Part shown: piece by piece, positions 54,510 through 64,000 of the stretch
How the letters are laid out: each line of letters begins with the position of its first letter
Numbering within the stretch: position 1 is the first letter of the stretch
From: Christensenella sp. UBA1385
GTDB lineage: Bacteria; Bacillota; Clostridia; Christensenellales; Aristaeellaceae
Assembly (NCBI GenBank): GCA_002305755.1
Contig: DBQV01000021.1
Coordinates: 623 to 64,622 of the forward strand
DNA length: 64,000 nucleotides
Direction: 5' to 3'
Translations under genes and position numbers: made by a program
The notes under the pieces: model-generated
Databases searched by the model: none
The model's input: the letters and a program-made list of their open reading frames with translations, nothing else
Told to the model about the DNA's origin: nothing

Positions 54510-56777
54510 ATGAATTTAGATCAGCTGATAGATTACCTGCGCGGGGACCCCTCTTTCATGAGCTGTGTCAGCCACTGGGAGGTTCTCCCACCTAGACCCG
54601 CGCAATACGGCCCCATGCCCGCGGGCATGGACAGCCGTATCGTGGAGGCACTGGCTAAGAGAGGCATTCACAGGCTGTATACGCATCAAAGCGCCGCGGT
54701 TGAGAGGGCCATGGCGGGTGAGGATATCGTGGTCGTCACCCCCACAGCTTCCGGCAAGACCATGTGCTACAACATCCCCGTGCTGTCCTCCATCCTCAGA
54801 AACCAGGACGCACGCGCGCTGTACCTGTTTCCCACCAAAGCCCTTTCGGCCGATCAGGTGGCGGAGCTGTATGACCTGATCACGCTGCTGGATGTCGATA
54901 TCAAGACCTACACCTATGACGGCGATACGCCCGCGGCTGCGCGCCGCTCCATCCGGCAGGCGGGGCATGTGGTGGTGACCAACCCGGACATGCTGCACGC
55001 CAACATACTGCCCCACCATACCAAATGGGTCAAGCTGTTTGAGAACCTTGAGTATATCGTGATCGATGAAATCCACGCCTACCGCGGCATTTTCGGCAGC
55101 AATCTGGCCAATGTGCTGAGGAGGCTGTTGCGGCTCTGCGCTTTCTACGGCAGCCATCCCCGCTTTATACTCTGCAGCGCCACCATCGCCAATCCCGGCG
55201 AGCTGGCGCAAACACTGACGGGCAGGCCGGTCACGCTGATAGAAAACAGCGGCGCGCCAATGGGTGAAAAGCACATCGTGTTCTACAACCCGCCCGTGGT
55301 CAACAGGCAGCTTGGCATCCGCAAGAGCGCTCTGCACCAGACGCGCATGCTGGCCTCCATGCTGCTGAACAACAAAATTCAAAGCATCGTATTTGCCAGG
55401 AGCCGTGTGCAGGTGGAGGTACTGACCAAGGCGCTGAAAGATCAGGCCAGTGATCAGATCGGCCAGTCGACCCGCGTACGCGGCTACCGCGGCGGCTATC
55501 TGCCGGGCGAACGGCGCGACATTGAGCGAAGCCTGCGCGCCGGGCAGGTAGATATGGTGATCTCCACCAACGCTCTTGAGCTGGGCATCGATATCGGTGC
55601 CCTGGATGCCTGTGTGCTTTGCGGCTATCCCGGCACCATTGCCAGCACCTGGCAGCAGGCCGGCAGAGCCGGCCGCAGACAGGGCAAGTCTATCACCGTG
55701 CTCGTGGCCTCCAGCGCCGCGCTTGACCAGTATATCATCAGCCACCCAGAGTATTTTTTCAGCCAGTCTCCCGAGAACGCGCTGCTGAACCCCGACAATC
55801 TTTACATACTGCTCAACCACTTCAAATGCTCTGCCTACGAACTGCCCTTCAAGGAGGGCGAGGCCTTCGGCAATGCGCCCGGCGTGGACAGCATGCTGCA
55901 GTTCCTGCAGGAATCCGGCATTGTGAGAAAGGTAGGCGAGGTGTGGCATTGGTCGGCGGAGGATTTTCCCGCCAGCGAGATCAGCCTGCGCAGCGCAATG
56001 ACTGAGAATTTTCTCATCATGGACGTCACCGACCCGGCCCATGTGCGCGTGGTCGGCGAAATGGATCGTTTTACCGTGCCCATGCTGCTGCACGAAAACG
56101 CCATCTATCTGCACGAGGGCGTGCAGTATCAGGTAGAGAAGCTTGATTTCGATGCCTGCAAGGCTTATATCCGCCATGTCAGCGTCGACTACTACACCGA
56201 TGCCGATCTCAATATCAGCCTCAGCCTGCTGGATGTGGAGAGCGAGGATGATCATGCCGCCTACGGCGAGATCAAGGTGACGTCTCTGGTCAAGATCTTC
56301 AAAAAGATGAAATTCGACACCGGGGAGAGCCTGGGCTATGGCCCCGTGCGCCTGCCTGAAACGGAAATGCACACACAGGCCATGTGGATGACGCTCAGCG
56401 AGGAGACTGCCGGCCGCTACGAGAAGGACAGCCTGCAAAACGGCATGCTGGGCATCGCGAACACGCTGAGGATCGTCGCGCCGCTTTACCTGATGTGCTC
56501 CCCGCATGACATCGCGGTCGTCTATCAGGTGAAGAGCCCCATCACGGACAGGCCCACGCTCATCCTTTACGATAACAGCCCCGGCGGGATCGGCCTTGCT
56601 GAAAAGGCCTACCATATGCGGGGCACGCTGCTGCGGCACGCCAGGCAGCTTATTTTGCAATGTATCTGCGAGCAGGGATGTCCTTCCTGCGTAGGGCCGG
56701 AAAGCGAGATCGGCACGGACGGAAAGCAGACAGCGCTGAAACTTCTGGAGGAAATCATCACCTATGACCGCCAATGA
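54510..56777 (+). CDS. mrfA: DEAD/DEAH-box helicase with a C-terminal DUF1998 zinc domain (MrfA/YprA type)
   Basis: YTHQSAAV, TPTASGKT (motif I), DEIH (motif II), a SAT-equivalent, QQAGRAGRR (motif VI), and a C-terminal Cys4 CICEQGCPSCV. The N-terminus parallels B. subtilis YprA. Confidence 0.82.
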   Translation: MNLDQLIDYLRGDPSFMSCVSHWEVLPPRPAQYGPMPAGMDSRIVEALAKRGIHRLYTHQSAAVERAMAGEDIVVVTPTASGKTMCYNIPVLSSILRNQDARALYLFPTKALSADQVAELYDLITLLDVDIKTYTYDGDTPAAARRSIRQAGHVVVTNPDMLHANILPHHTKWVKLFENLEYIVIDEIHAYRGIFGSNLANVLRRLLRLCAFYGSHPRFILCSATIANPGELAQTLTGRPVTLIENSGAPMGEKHIVFYNPPVVNRQLGIRKSALHQTRMLASMLLNNKIQSIVFARSRVQVEVLTKALKDQASDQIGQSTRVRGYRGGYLPGERRDIERSLRAGQVDMVISTNALELGIDIGALDACVLCGYPGTIASTWQQAGRAGRRQGKSITVLVASSAALDQYIISHPEYFFSQSPENALLNPDNLYILLNHFKCSAYELPFKEGEAFGNAPGVDSMLQFLQESGIVRKVGEVWHWSAEDFPASEISLRSAMTENFLIMDVTDPAHVRVVGEMDRFTVPMLLHENAIYLHEGVQYQVEKLDFDACKAYIRHVSVDYYTDADLNISLSLLDVESEDDHAAYGEIKVTSLVKIFKKMKFDTGESLGYGPVRLPETEMHTQAMWMTLSEETAGRYEKDSLQNGMLGIANTLRIVAPLYLMCSPHDIAVVYQVKSPITDRPTLILYDNSPGGIGLAEKAYHMRGTLLRHARQLILQCICEQGCPSCVGPESEIGTDGKQTALKLLEEIITYDRQ

Positions 56778-58164
56778 GATCATAGCCCTGCAAAGGCAGG
56801 CTTTTCGGGATGAGCAGGCCGCGGCGCTGCAGACCCTTGACAGCCGCGCGGCCTTTTTTGCGGCTTACCACGAGCGCAGGGATCTGCTGCTTCACCTGCT
56901 GGACGCCATTGAGGAGCGGGAGGAGGATATCCACGCCGCTCTGAAAAGCGATCTCGGAAAATCCGCCGCCGAAAGCCTGATGAGCGAAACGGGCCTGGTG
57001 CTGTCGGAAATCCGGTTTGCTCTCAGGCATCTCAAGCGCTGGATGCGTCCGCGCCGCGTGCGCGGCTCAATGGCGACCTTCCCGGGCAGAAGCTTTGTGT
57101 GCCCCGAGCCCTATGGCCTCGCGCTGATCATGGCGCCGTGGAACTATCCGTTTTACCTCAGCGTCGCCCCGATGATCGCGGCCATTGCGGCAGGCAACCG
57201 CTGCGTGCTCAAGCCAAGCGAATATGCGCCCGCCACCGCCGCCCTGCTGAAGGAGTTGGTCGGAGGCTGGGCCAAACCCGATCGGGCCGCAGTGATCACT
57301 GGAGATGCCGAAACCAGCCGGGCATTGCTGAAGGAGAAGTTTGATTATATCTTTTTCACCGGCAGCGCTCAGGTAGGCCGCTCCGTGATGCGAAGCGCCG
57401 CGGAAACGCTTACGCCGCTGACGCTGGAGCTAGGCGGGAAAAGCCCCTGTATCGTGGAAAGCGACGCCGATCTGGAGCTGGCCGCCAGGCGGATCGCCTT
57501 TGGCAAGGGCATGAACGCGGGACAGACCTGCGTGGCGCCGGACTATCTGCTGGTTCACCGCGATGTGCGGGACAGGCTGATGGAGCTGATCGCCAAGCAG
57601 TGGCAGGCATTCTACGGGGACAATGCGCTGGAATCTCCGGATTGGCCTCTGATCGTGAACGAGCGGCACTACCTGCGGCTGATGGGGCTGATCGAGCAGG
57701 ACAAGGTCTATTGCTGCGGCGAGGGAGACGGAAAGCGGATCGCGCCGACCCTTCTTCAGGATGTCAGCTGGGATTCGCCCGTCATGCGGGAAGAAATCTT
57801 CGGCCCACTGCTGCCTGTGCTGAGCTATGACTCACTCGAAAGCGCGGTCGCCCGCATCAACGAAGGAGAAAGGCCGCTCGCCTGTTATGTCTTTACGTCG
57901 GATGAGGAAAAGGCCAGAGCGCTGGTGCGCTCCATCTCCTTTGGCGGTGGCTGCGTCAACGATACGCTGGTGCATCTGGGCAACCCCAGGCTGCCCTTCG
58001 GCGGCGTCGGTCAAAGCGGCATGGGGGCCTATCACGGCAAATACGGTTTTGACACCTTTACGCACTTCAAAAGCGTGCTGATCAAGGGAAAGACAGACGT
58101 CCCCTTCCGCTACCCGCCCTATTCTGAAAGCAGGCAGCGCCTGCTGAAGCAATTCATGAAATGA
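56764..58164 (+). CDS. Aldehyde dehydrogenase (class 3-like, NAD(P)+)
   Basis: FTGSAQVGRSV, ELGGKSPCIV, catalytic Cys in GQTCVAPDY, EEIFGPLLPV. 14-nt overlap with the helicase gene. Confidence 0.88.
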   Translation: MTANEIIALQRQAFRDEQAAALQTLDSRAAFFAAYHERRDLLLHLLDAIEEREEDIHAALKSDLGKSAAESLMSETGLVLSEIRFALRHLKRWMRPRRVRGSMATFPGRSFVCPEPYGLALIMAPWNYPFYLSVAPMIAAIAAGNRCVLKPSEYAPATAALLKELVGGWAKPDRAAVITGDAETSRALLKEKFDYIFFTGSAQVGRSVMRSAAETLTPLTLELGGKSPCIVESDADLELAARRIAFGKGMNAGQTCVAPDYLLVHRDVRDRLMELIAKQWQAFYGDNALESPDWPLIVNERHYLRLMGLIEQDKVYCCGEGDGKRIAPTLLQDVSWDSPVMREEIFGPLLPVLSYDSLESAVARINEGERPLACYVFTSDEEKARALVRSISFGGGCVNDTLVHLGNPRLPFGGVGQSGMGAYHGKYGFDTFTHFKSVLIKGKTDVPFRYPPYSESRQRLLKQFMK

Positions 58165-58173
58165 GCCTGCGCC

Positions 58174-58902
58174 ATGCCAAGCCTTGAAAGCTATCGAAAA
58201 GAACTGGATTACTCCTACGCCCCCGGCCTCTTCCCCTGTATGGAAGCCGTCAGAAAGAGGCCGGACGCCGTGCGGCGGGTCATCGTCAGCAGCAGGCTGG
58301 CGGAGGGCTCTGCGAAAGACGGCCTGATGCGGCTGTGCGAAAAACAGGGAATCCGCGTGGAGACCGCTGACCGCGCGCTGGCCCGGCTGTCCGGCAAGGA
58401 GAACGTTTTCGCCGCGGCAGTGTTTGAAAAACGGCAGGGCAGCCTTTCCTCCGACGAAAAGCATCTGGTACTGCACCATCCGAGCGACAAGGGCAACCTC
58501 GGCACCATGCTGCGTACGGCACTGGGCTTCGGTTTCAGAAACATTGCCGTCATCCGCCCCGCGGCGGACTGGGATGATCCGCACGTGATACGCGCCAGCA
58601 TGGGCGCGATGTTCTCCCTGGAGATCGCCGGCTATGACGACTTTTCACAGTACCGGCAAGCCTATCCCGCTCATGCTCTTTTCCCCTTCATGCTGACGGG
58701 CGCCCTGCCGCCCGAAGAAGCGGCGCGCGGTCTCAGCGGCCCCTACGCCCTGATCTTGGGCAACGAAGGCAGCGGCCTTCCTCAGGAGTTCGCTTCTCTC
58801 GGCCAGGCCGTCAGGATCCCTCACAGCGGCGACATTGATTCTCTGAATCTCGCCATCGCCGCAGGCATCGGCATGTATGTATTTTCTTCTTTAACCTCAT
58901 AA
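58174..58902 (+). CDS. SpoU/TrmH-family RNA 2'-O-methyltransferase
   Basis: HPSDKGNLGTMLRTA, LILGNEGSGL, IPHSGDIDSLNLAIAAGIGMY. Confidence 0.85.
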   Translation: MPSLESYRKELDYSYAPGLFPCMEAVRKRPDAVRRVIVSSRLAEGSAKDGLMRLCEKQGIRVETADRALARLSGKENVFAAAVFEKRQGSLSSDEKHLVLHHPSDKGNLGTMLRTALGFGFRNIAVIRPAADWDDPHVIRASMGAMFSLEIAGYDDFSQYRQAYPAHALFPFMLTGALPPEEAARGLSGPYALILGNEGSGLPQEFASLGQAVRIPHSGDIDSLNLAIAAGIGMYVFSSLTS

Positions 58903-59595
58903 GGGCTTTTTCTTGGGCATGCCCGCTTGCCTTGGATAAACGGCGGGCGTAGGCGCCGTTTTCATAACGGCCTGCACGCTGTGATCCATGCCCGGAAGCC
59001 CCAGAAAATAGCGCTCGCCAAGCCGTCCCTTCAGCAGGAAGAGGGCGCCTTTTACTTCCTTGAGTTCATCCTGCAGGCCCGGCCCCTTCCAGCACAGCGC
59101 GCTGCCGCCCACCCTGACGAAAGGCAGCAGATACTCCAGCAGCACGCGCATGGGAGCGACTGCGCGCGCCGCCGCCAGATCAAAAGAAGCGCGGAGCGGC
59201 CCCCTCGCCGCGTCCTCAGCGCGGGCATGCAGCACGCTGACATTCCGAAGCTCAAGCCCGGCTGACACGGTCTCCAGAAAGTCGCAGCGCTTTCTTAACG
59301 AATCCAACAGGGCCACTTCCATATCGGGTCGGGCGATGGCCAGCGCAAGGCCTGGAAAACCGGCCCCCGTGCCCACGTCGATCAGACGGCAGCCCTTGGG
59401 AAACCAGACCTCGTGAGAGAGCGGCCGCAGGGAGTCCGCAAAGTGCTTAAGGGGCATTTCCTCAGGCGGCACATTGGTCAGGTCCATCCTCCGGTTCCAC
59501 TCGATCAGCAGTTCATAATAAGCCTGCATCTTTTCAGGATAAGGGCCTGCGCTGACGCCGCAGGCGGCCAGCTCCGCTGCCAGATCAAGGCTCAT
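58897..59595 (-). CDS. rsmG: 16S rRNA (guanine527-N7)-methyltransferase RsmG (GidB)
   Basis: WNRRMDLT, KHFADSL, IDVGTGAGFPGLALAI. Confidence 0.9.
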   Translation of the reverse strand: MSLDLAAELAACGVSAGPYPEKMQAYYELLIEWNRRMDLTNVPPEEMPLKHFADSLRPLSHEVWFPKGCRLIDVGTGAGFPGLALAIARPDMEVALLDSLRKRCDFLETVSAGLELRNVSVLHARAEDAARGPLRASFDLAAARAVAPMRVLLEYLLPFVRVGGSALCWKGPGLQDELKEVKGALFLLKGRLGERYFLGLPGMDHSVQAVMKTAPTPAVYPRQAGMPKKKPL

Positions 59596-60647
59596 GAGAC
59601 CATCTCCCTTCTCCTGTCCGCGATCAGGCGATAGACCGCCTGCTCCAGCGCGCCTTCCTCCGGCATCTGGCCAGATTTCACGGCGAACTCCGTCTCAACC
59701 AGCATGTTCAGCGCCTGATACAGCGCTTCCGCCGCGAAAGGCTGCGCCAGCGGCTGAAGCTTCTTAGCGATGAAGGGCGCCACGCCCAGTTGCCTGGAGA
59801 TGGTCTCCAAGGGCATTCCGGCGGCCGACAGGATCTTGACGAACAGCAGCTGCCTGTACTGTCTCTGCAGCAGGCTGAGCAGCATCAGGCGCTGTTCGCC
59901 TTCCTTCAGCATCTCGTCCATCAGCCTGCCTGCCTGCGCAGCGTTGCCTCGCACCAGGGCATCAGACAAGTCGAACACCTTGTACTCCGTGGATTTGGTG
60001 CAGATGGCCGCCACATCCTGGCCTGTTACCGTGCCGCTGTCACCAGAAAAGGCGGCCAGCTTGGCCAGTTCATTGTGCAGCCTGTGCATATCCTGCCCAA
60101 CGGCGAAGATCAGCTGCTCCGCCGTATATCTGTCGATCTGTTTGCCGTAGCCTTTCAGCTCCTTGGCCACCCATTTGATCAGCAGGCCCTGATCCAGCTT
60201 GTCAAAGCTGACAACGCCGCCCAGCCTCGCGATCTGCTTATGCAGCTTTCGCACACCGTTGGCCTTGCCCTTCACATGAAAAACAAGACAGGTAGTCGAA
60301 GGCAGGCGGGTAACATACTCCGCGATTCTATCGGCAGCCCCGCCTTTTGACGCGGCTTTCTCCCCCTCCTCGCCGGTCTTCCCACCCTCCAGCATGGAGC
60401 ACTCCTTCACCAGCACCAGGCGGCGCTCCGCCATCATGGGCAGCGTCTCGGCGCAGGCGATCAGCTGGTCGGCGTCCGGATCCGTCAGCACGGTGACGTT
60501 GAGGCCGGTCAGATCATCGCGCAGCACGGTCTCCCGGAGCGCGCGCAGCGCGCTTTCCTTGGTATATTCTTCCTCTCCCTCAAACAGGTAGCAGGAGAGC
60601 AGGTTTGATGTCCTGAGCGACTGATAGAACTCTTCCCTTGTCATCAT
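59592..60647 (-). CDS. holA: DNA polymerase III subunit delta
   Basis: 351 aa. YLFEGEEEY near the N-terminus, and the position directly downstream of comEC (the conserved comEC-holA pair). Confidence 0.82.
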   Translation of the reverse strand: MMTREEFYQSLRTSNLLSCYLFEGEEEYTKESALRALRETVLRDDLTGLNVTVLTDPDADQLIACAETLPMMAERRLVLVKECSMLEGGKTGEEGEKAASKGGAADRIAEYVTRLPSTTCLVFHVKGKANGVRKLHKQIARLGGVVSFDKLDQGLLIKWVAKELKGYGKQIDRYTAEQLIFAVGQDMHRLHNELAKLAAFSGDSGTVTGQDVAAICTKSTEYKVFDLSDALVRGNAAQAGRLMDEMLKEGEQRLMLLSLLQRQYRQLLFVKILSAAGMPLETISRQLGVAPFIAKKLQPLAQPFAAEALYQALNMLVETEFAVKSGQMPEEGALEQAVYRLIADRRREMVS

Positions 60648-62989
60648 ATCCCCCGATCGCCATAGTGGCGCAGCTGAAAAACTCCCGCCTCATCCGCTTC
60701 CAGAATGAGCGCCCGCCCACTCTGCGTGCCCCAGAGAGGTATTCCCATATTCTCCAGCCGTTTAAGCACCGAAGACGCGGCGGACATCCTGCCCGGACCT
60801 GCAGTCAGCAGCGCCAGCTTAGGTGAAACGGCCTTCAGATACGCTTCGCCGGTACCCGTCTTCGCGCCATGGTGCGCCAGCTTCAGCACATGCGCGGGCA
60901 CAGCCGAGTACATCTCATACTCTCCGCTCAGATCGCCTCCGCTGAGCAGCGTCAGATCGTTCATGCCGATGCGCAGCACAAGCGAGTGATGGTTGGCGTC
61001 CATGCCCGGATAGATTTTACCATAGATCGGCCAGAGGACCTCCATCTTCACACGCCCTTCGCCAAATGAATCCCCCCGGTCCGCGTGCACGATGGGGATG
61101 CCTTCCTGTTCGGCCATCGCCAGCAGATCCGCGCTTCCATCTTCCCGGCGCGCCAGCTCAGCCCCCGTGGGCAGAACGATTTTGCCGATGCGCACCCCCT
61201 GTTCCAGCAGCTGCCGCAGGCCGCCCGCGTGGTCATTGTGCAGATGCGAAAGAAACAGCACATCCACACTTCTGCCCTTGCTCAGCAGATAGGCCGCAAG
61301 ATCGCCACCATGATCCGCCGTATCGATCACATAAGTGCGCCGGCCGTCCTCAATGACAGCCGCATCCGCGCTGCCTGTGCTGAGCAGCGTGTACCGAAGC
61401 CGCTTTCCATCCTTCCATAACAGGCCCCAAGTCAGGCCGACGCAAAGCGCCAGGCAAATGCCGGCCTTCAGCAGCCGGAGGCGAGCCTTGCCCGCCCTTG
61501 CATATCTGGTCATGCAGATCAGCGCCGCCAGCCACAGCGCCACGGCAGGAGGCGTGATTGCGGGTCCCCACAGCAAAGCGAAGGGCAGCGAAGATACCCG
61601 GCTCACGGCATCCGTGAAAAGCGTCAGCAGGAAGCGCAGCGGCACCGCCAGCACCGCTGCCGCAGGTATTGAGATCAGGGCAAAGGGCAGCAAAAACAGA
61701 CCGCAGTACATCAGGATGGCCACCGCGGCGCAGGCAATCGGGCTGACAAGCAAACCGATCAGCGAAACGGAGTGAAAGGTATTGAGAAGGACCGGCAGCG
61801 TGAACAGGCTGGCGGAGAGCGCCGCTGTCAGAGCCGACACTGCGCGATCGATCGTTGAGCGCCTTCCCCGTCCTTTTCTCCGGCTGTTATATAGAACAGT
61901 CAGCCTGTCACCGAGCGTCAGGATGCCGAGAACAGCCAGAAATGAGAGCTGAAACCCTGCCGAAAACAGCTCCAGCGGCCATATCAGCAGGATCAGAAGA
62001 AAGGCCAGAGCCAGCGAGGTCAGTGGATCTGCCCTCTCGTTCACCAGCTCAGCGCCGAGCATCACCGCCATCATGACGGAAGCGCGCAGCACAGGCGCCG
62101 CAAAGTCCAGCAGGCGGCAGTACAGCGCCAGCGCGGCCAGAATGATCGCAAACCGCCTTCTCGAGCCGAGTCCCGCCTTCTTCAGCAACCGATACAGGCC
62201 AAAGGCCAGCAGCCCGACATGGAGGCCTGATACCGAAAGCACATGGGCGATTCCCGCATCCCGGAAATTGGCCCGCGTTTCTTCCTCGAGGCCGCTGCGA
62301 TCACCGAGAAGCAGAGCGCGTATCAGGACGCCTCCTTCTCCGATGGCCTTTTCCAGCCTGTCGCCCAACAGGAGCCTTGCCCTTATCCAGACGCTTGCAT
62401 GTTCGCCCAGCGCCGGTCCCTCTATGGTCAGATCCCGCGCTCCGCTGAGCCCGATGCCCATGCCTTTTTGCAGAAGGTACAGCCGGAAATTGAATCCGTA
62501 GGGATTCTGCCTGCCGGATGGGTGATACAGATTGGATATCATGCTCAGCGTCTGCCCATCCATGAAGAGGCGGGCTTTCTCTGTCGGAAAATAGGTCCAG
62601 TATGCAGCCTTCACGTAATATTCTTTTCCAGCTTCATCCACGAGCCTCAGGTTGCGCAGGCTTGCCTTTACCCGTCCGTCATCCTCACGCACTTCGGCCA
62701 ATCCCCGGACGGAGGCTGACACGCGGTATGTCCCCTCTGGCGGCACGACAGGATTCAGCGCAGCGGAAGCCCTGAAAATGCCAAAAAACAGCATCATAAA
62801 ACAAAGCGCCAGCGCTGTGGACAGGTGCAGGCGCCATCTGACAAACAGGAGCGCAGCCGACAGCACGAGGCCCGCCGCAGGAAAGGTCATCGGCGCGCCG
62901 CCATACAGGCCGCCGATCAGTATCCCCAGCCCGAAGCTGATAGAAAAGCAGACAAGCGGCCTCTGCGCAAGAAAGGATCTTGAATTCAC
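60644..62989 (-). CDS. comEC: DNA internalisation-related competence protein ComEC/Rec2 (competence domain plus MBL domain)
   Basis: A polytopic core containing GIAHVLSVSGLHVG and FQLSFLAV, and a C-terminal metallo-beta-lactamase domain (LSHLHNDHAGG). Confidence 0.88.
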   Translation of the reverse strand: MNSRSFLAQRPLVCFSISFGLGILIGGLYGGAPMTFPAAGLVLSAALLFVRWRLHLSTALALCFMMLFFGIFRASAALNPVVPPEGTYRVSASVRGLAEVREDDGRVKASLRNLRLVDEAGKEYYVKAAYWTYFPTEKARLFMDGQTLSMISNLYHPSGRQNPYGFNFRLYLLQKGMGIGLSGARDLTIEGPALGEHASVWIRARLLLGDRLEKAIGEGGVLIRALLLGDRSGLEEETRANFRDAGIAHVLSVSGLHVGLLAFGLYRLLKKAGLGSRRRFAIILAALALYCRLLDFAAPVLRASVMMAVMLGAELVNERADPLTSLALAFLLILLIWPLELFSAGFQLSFLAVLGILTLGDRLTVLYNSRRKGRGRRSTIDRAVSALTAALSASLFTLPVLLNTFHSVSLIGLLVSPIACAAVAILMYCGLFLLPFALISIPAAAVLAVPLRFLLTLFTDAVSRVSSLPFALLWGPAITPPAVALWLAALICMTRYARAGKARLRLLKAGICLALCVGLTWGLLWKDGKRLRYTLLSTGSADAAVIEDGRRTYVIDTADHGGDLAAYLLSKGRSVDVLFLSHLHNDHAGGLRQLLEQGVRIGKIVLPTGAELARREDGSADLLAMAEQEGIPIVHADRGDSFGEGRVKMEVLWPIYGKIYPGMDANHHSLVLRIGMNDLTLLSGGDLSGEYEMYSAVPAHVLKLAHHGAKTGTGEAYLKAVSPKLALLTAGPGRMSAASSVLKRLENMGIPLWGTQSGRALILEADEAGVFQLRHYGDRGI

Positions 62990-63690
62990 AGCGTGAGCCA
63001 GACCCCGGCGGCAGCTGCTTCGCAGGCTTTGTATACTTCTTGTGCTTCCGCCACGAGGCTCTTAGGGTCAGAGTCAGGCTGAAAATGCGTCAGGATGGTT
63101 TTCCCTACGCCTGCCGCCCTGCCCAGTTCAGCCGCCTGGGAAGAAGTGAGGTGGGGCAGCTGTTCATGCCAGCTTTCTCTGCGGAACGTGGCATCGCAGA
63201 TCAGCACATCCGCTCCCCGGCAGAATTCGGTCAACGGTTCCCATCGGTTGGTATCTCCGGTATAGACCAGCGCCTTGTCCCTGTGGTTCAATCGCACGGC
63301 ATAGCAGGGCACAGGATGGCTGGTGCGCTGCGTCCTCACGCCGAATACCCCGATCTCTTCCGCGTTTGAAATATCTTTCAAATCATACTCACTGCACTCG
63401 CAAAGCTTTCGCAGCGGGCTCTCATCCAGCGGCGCATACAGCGTCACTCTGCGTCGACGCAGCTGCAAATAATACCGGAGCACCAGCAGATCGCTGGCAT
63501 GATCGTTGTGCCAGTGAGTGAGAATCACGGCATCAAGATCCGCCGGGTCCATCAAAGCCATCAGCTTGGAGAGCACGCCGCTGCCGCAGTCCATCAGCAC
63601 GCATGCTCCCTCCGCTTTCACCAGATAGCCGCTGCAGGCCCCGTTCGCGGAAGGGTAGGTCCCATCGCAGCCGATCGCCATCAGTTCCAT
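62986..63690 (-). CDS. MBL-fold metallo-hydrolase
   Basis: LMDCGSG, LTHWHNDHASDL (HxHxDH), TGDT, THF. Confidence 0.8.
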   Translation of the reverse strand: MELMAIGCDGTYPSANGACSGYLVKAEGACVLMDCGSGVLSKLMALMDPADLDAVILTHWHNDHASDLLVLRYYLQLRRRRVTLYAPLDESPLRKLCECSEYDLKDISNAEEIGVFGVRTQRTSHPVPCYAVRLNHRDKALVYTGDTNRWEPLTEFCRGADVLICDATFRRESWHEQLPHLTSSQAAELGRAAGVGKTILTHFQPDSDPKSLVAEAQEVYKACEAAAAGVWLTL

Positions 63691-64000
63691 GCCTCAGTCC
63701 CCCTCCTTCTGAAGAGTAGATAACAGGTTGCCAGAAATATACCGGCGCACAGAAACACTGTCTGCGGCGATGGGCCGCCTTCCAGCGTCTCCATCACGAT
63801 CACCGTAGCGTTGTAAAGAAAGTGGAACAGCACGGCCAGCCAAAGATTGCGGAAACGCAGGACCAGGGCACCGAGCAACAATCCGATCACCAGCAGCGCA
63901 GCAAAGCCCTGCGCAGAAAAGTGCAGCAGTGAAAAAAGCAGGGCGCAAAGAAAGACCGCAAAGCCTGCTTTCATCCTGCGTTCAAAGAATAAAAGCACCA
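63681..64000 (-). CDS. CPBP-family intramembrane glutamic protease (CAAX/Abi family), C-terminal part; the 5' end lies beyond the right window edge
   Basis: Motif 2 FSLLHF and motif 3 HFLYN in a hydrophobic context. The apparent start at 63998 is probably an artefact of the window edge. Confidence 0.6.
   Translation of the reverse strand, partial: VLLFFERRMKAGFAVFLCALLFSLLHFSAQGFAALLVIGLLLGALVLRFRNLWLAVLFHFLYNATVIVMETLEGGPSPQTVFLCAGIFLATCYLLFRRRGTEAWN

Noticed and set aside
54510-56777. The DUF1998-containing helicase, considered as part of a defence island (DISARM/Dpd-like)
   Set aside because: There is no methyltransferase, PLD nuclease or other defence partner nearby. The N-terminus and domain order match the housekeeping MrfA/YprA repair helicase, and the neighbours are metabolic and RNA-modification genes.
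54516-56783. 755-aa minus-strand ORF that mirrors the helicase gene
   Set aside because: The plus-strand frame carries all the helicase motifs (GKT, DEIH, QQAGRAGR, a Cys4 domain). The minus frame is low-complexity (A/G/H/R/D/L-rich) with no recognisable domain.

Overview
The window looks like core chromosome from a high-GC Firmicutes/Clostridia-type anaerobe. GC is roughly 60 percent by eye (not computed), and the Oscillospiraceae-like placement is inference only. About 85 percent of the coding is on the minus strand, and the gene order is Bacillus-like housekeeping synteny.

Gene content, left to right:
- sigH (partial), rlmB, mrnC, an AraC regulator, tRNA-Ser(GGA), der-plsY.
- A secreted 13-repeat Cys/His-rich protein, then upp and nudC.
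- A T-box-controlled hisS-aspS operon, and pgi.
- brnQ, split by a 120-bp MITE-like insertion.
- A glycine-riboswitch-controlled gcvT-H-PA-PB operon that starts directly after ftsZ.
- A compact dcw cluster: mraZ-ftsL-murE-mraY-murD-ftsQ-ftsA-ftsZ.
- A maf-mreBCD-PBP2-minD-rodA morphogenesis cluster, then tatD and metG.
- A six-gene putative H2-sensing module: APH-fold kinase, 2x [2Fe-2S] ferredoxin, PAS-containing HydS, PP2C phosphatase, [FeFe]-hydrogenase.
- ctsR-mcsA-mcsB-clpC.
- A zinc-ribbon membrane protein plus TPM-domain protein pair.
- mrfA-type helicase, an aldehyde dehydrogenase, a SpoU methyltransferase, rsmG, holA, comEC, an MBL hydrolase and a partial CPBP protease.

I saw no rRNA, CRISPR array, transposase, integrase or phage genes. 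The many long ORFs antisense to real genes are high-GC artefacts.

The most interesting items are:
- the hydrogenase-based kinase/phosphatase sensory operon;
- the MITE-like element whose precise excision would restore brnQ;
- the 13 x 39-aa H-C-CxxC repeat surface protein;
- a T-box whose specifier loop reads GACAC (overlapping Asp and His codons) in front of hisS-aspS.

All calls rest on reading the translated ORFs and the DNA by eye. No database search was run.
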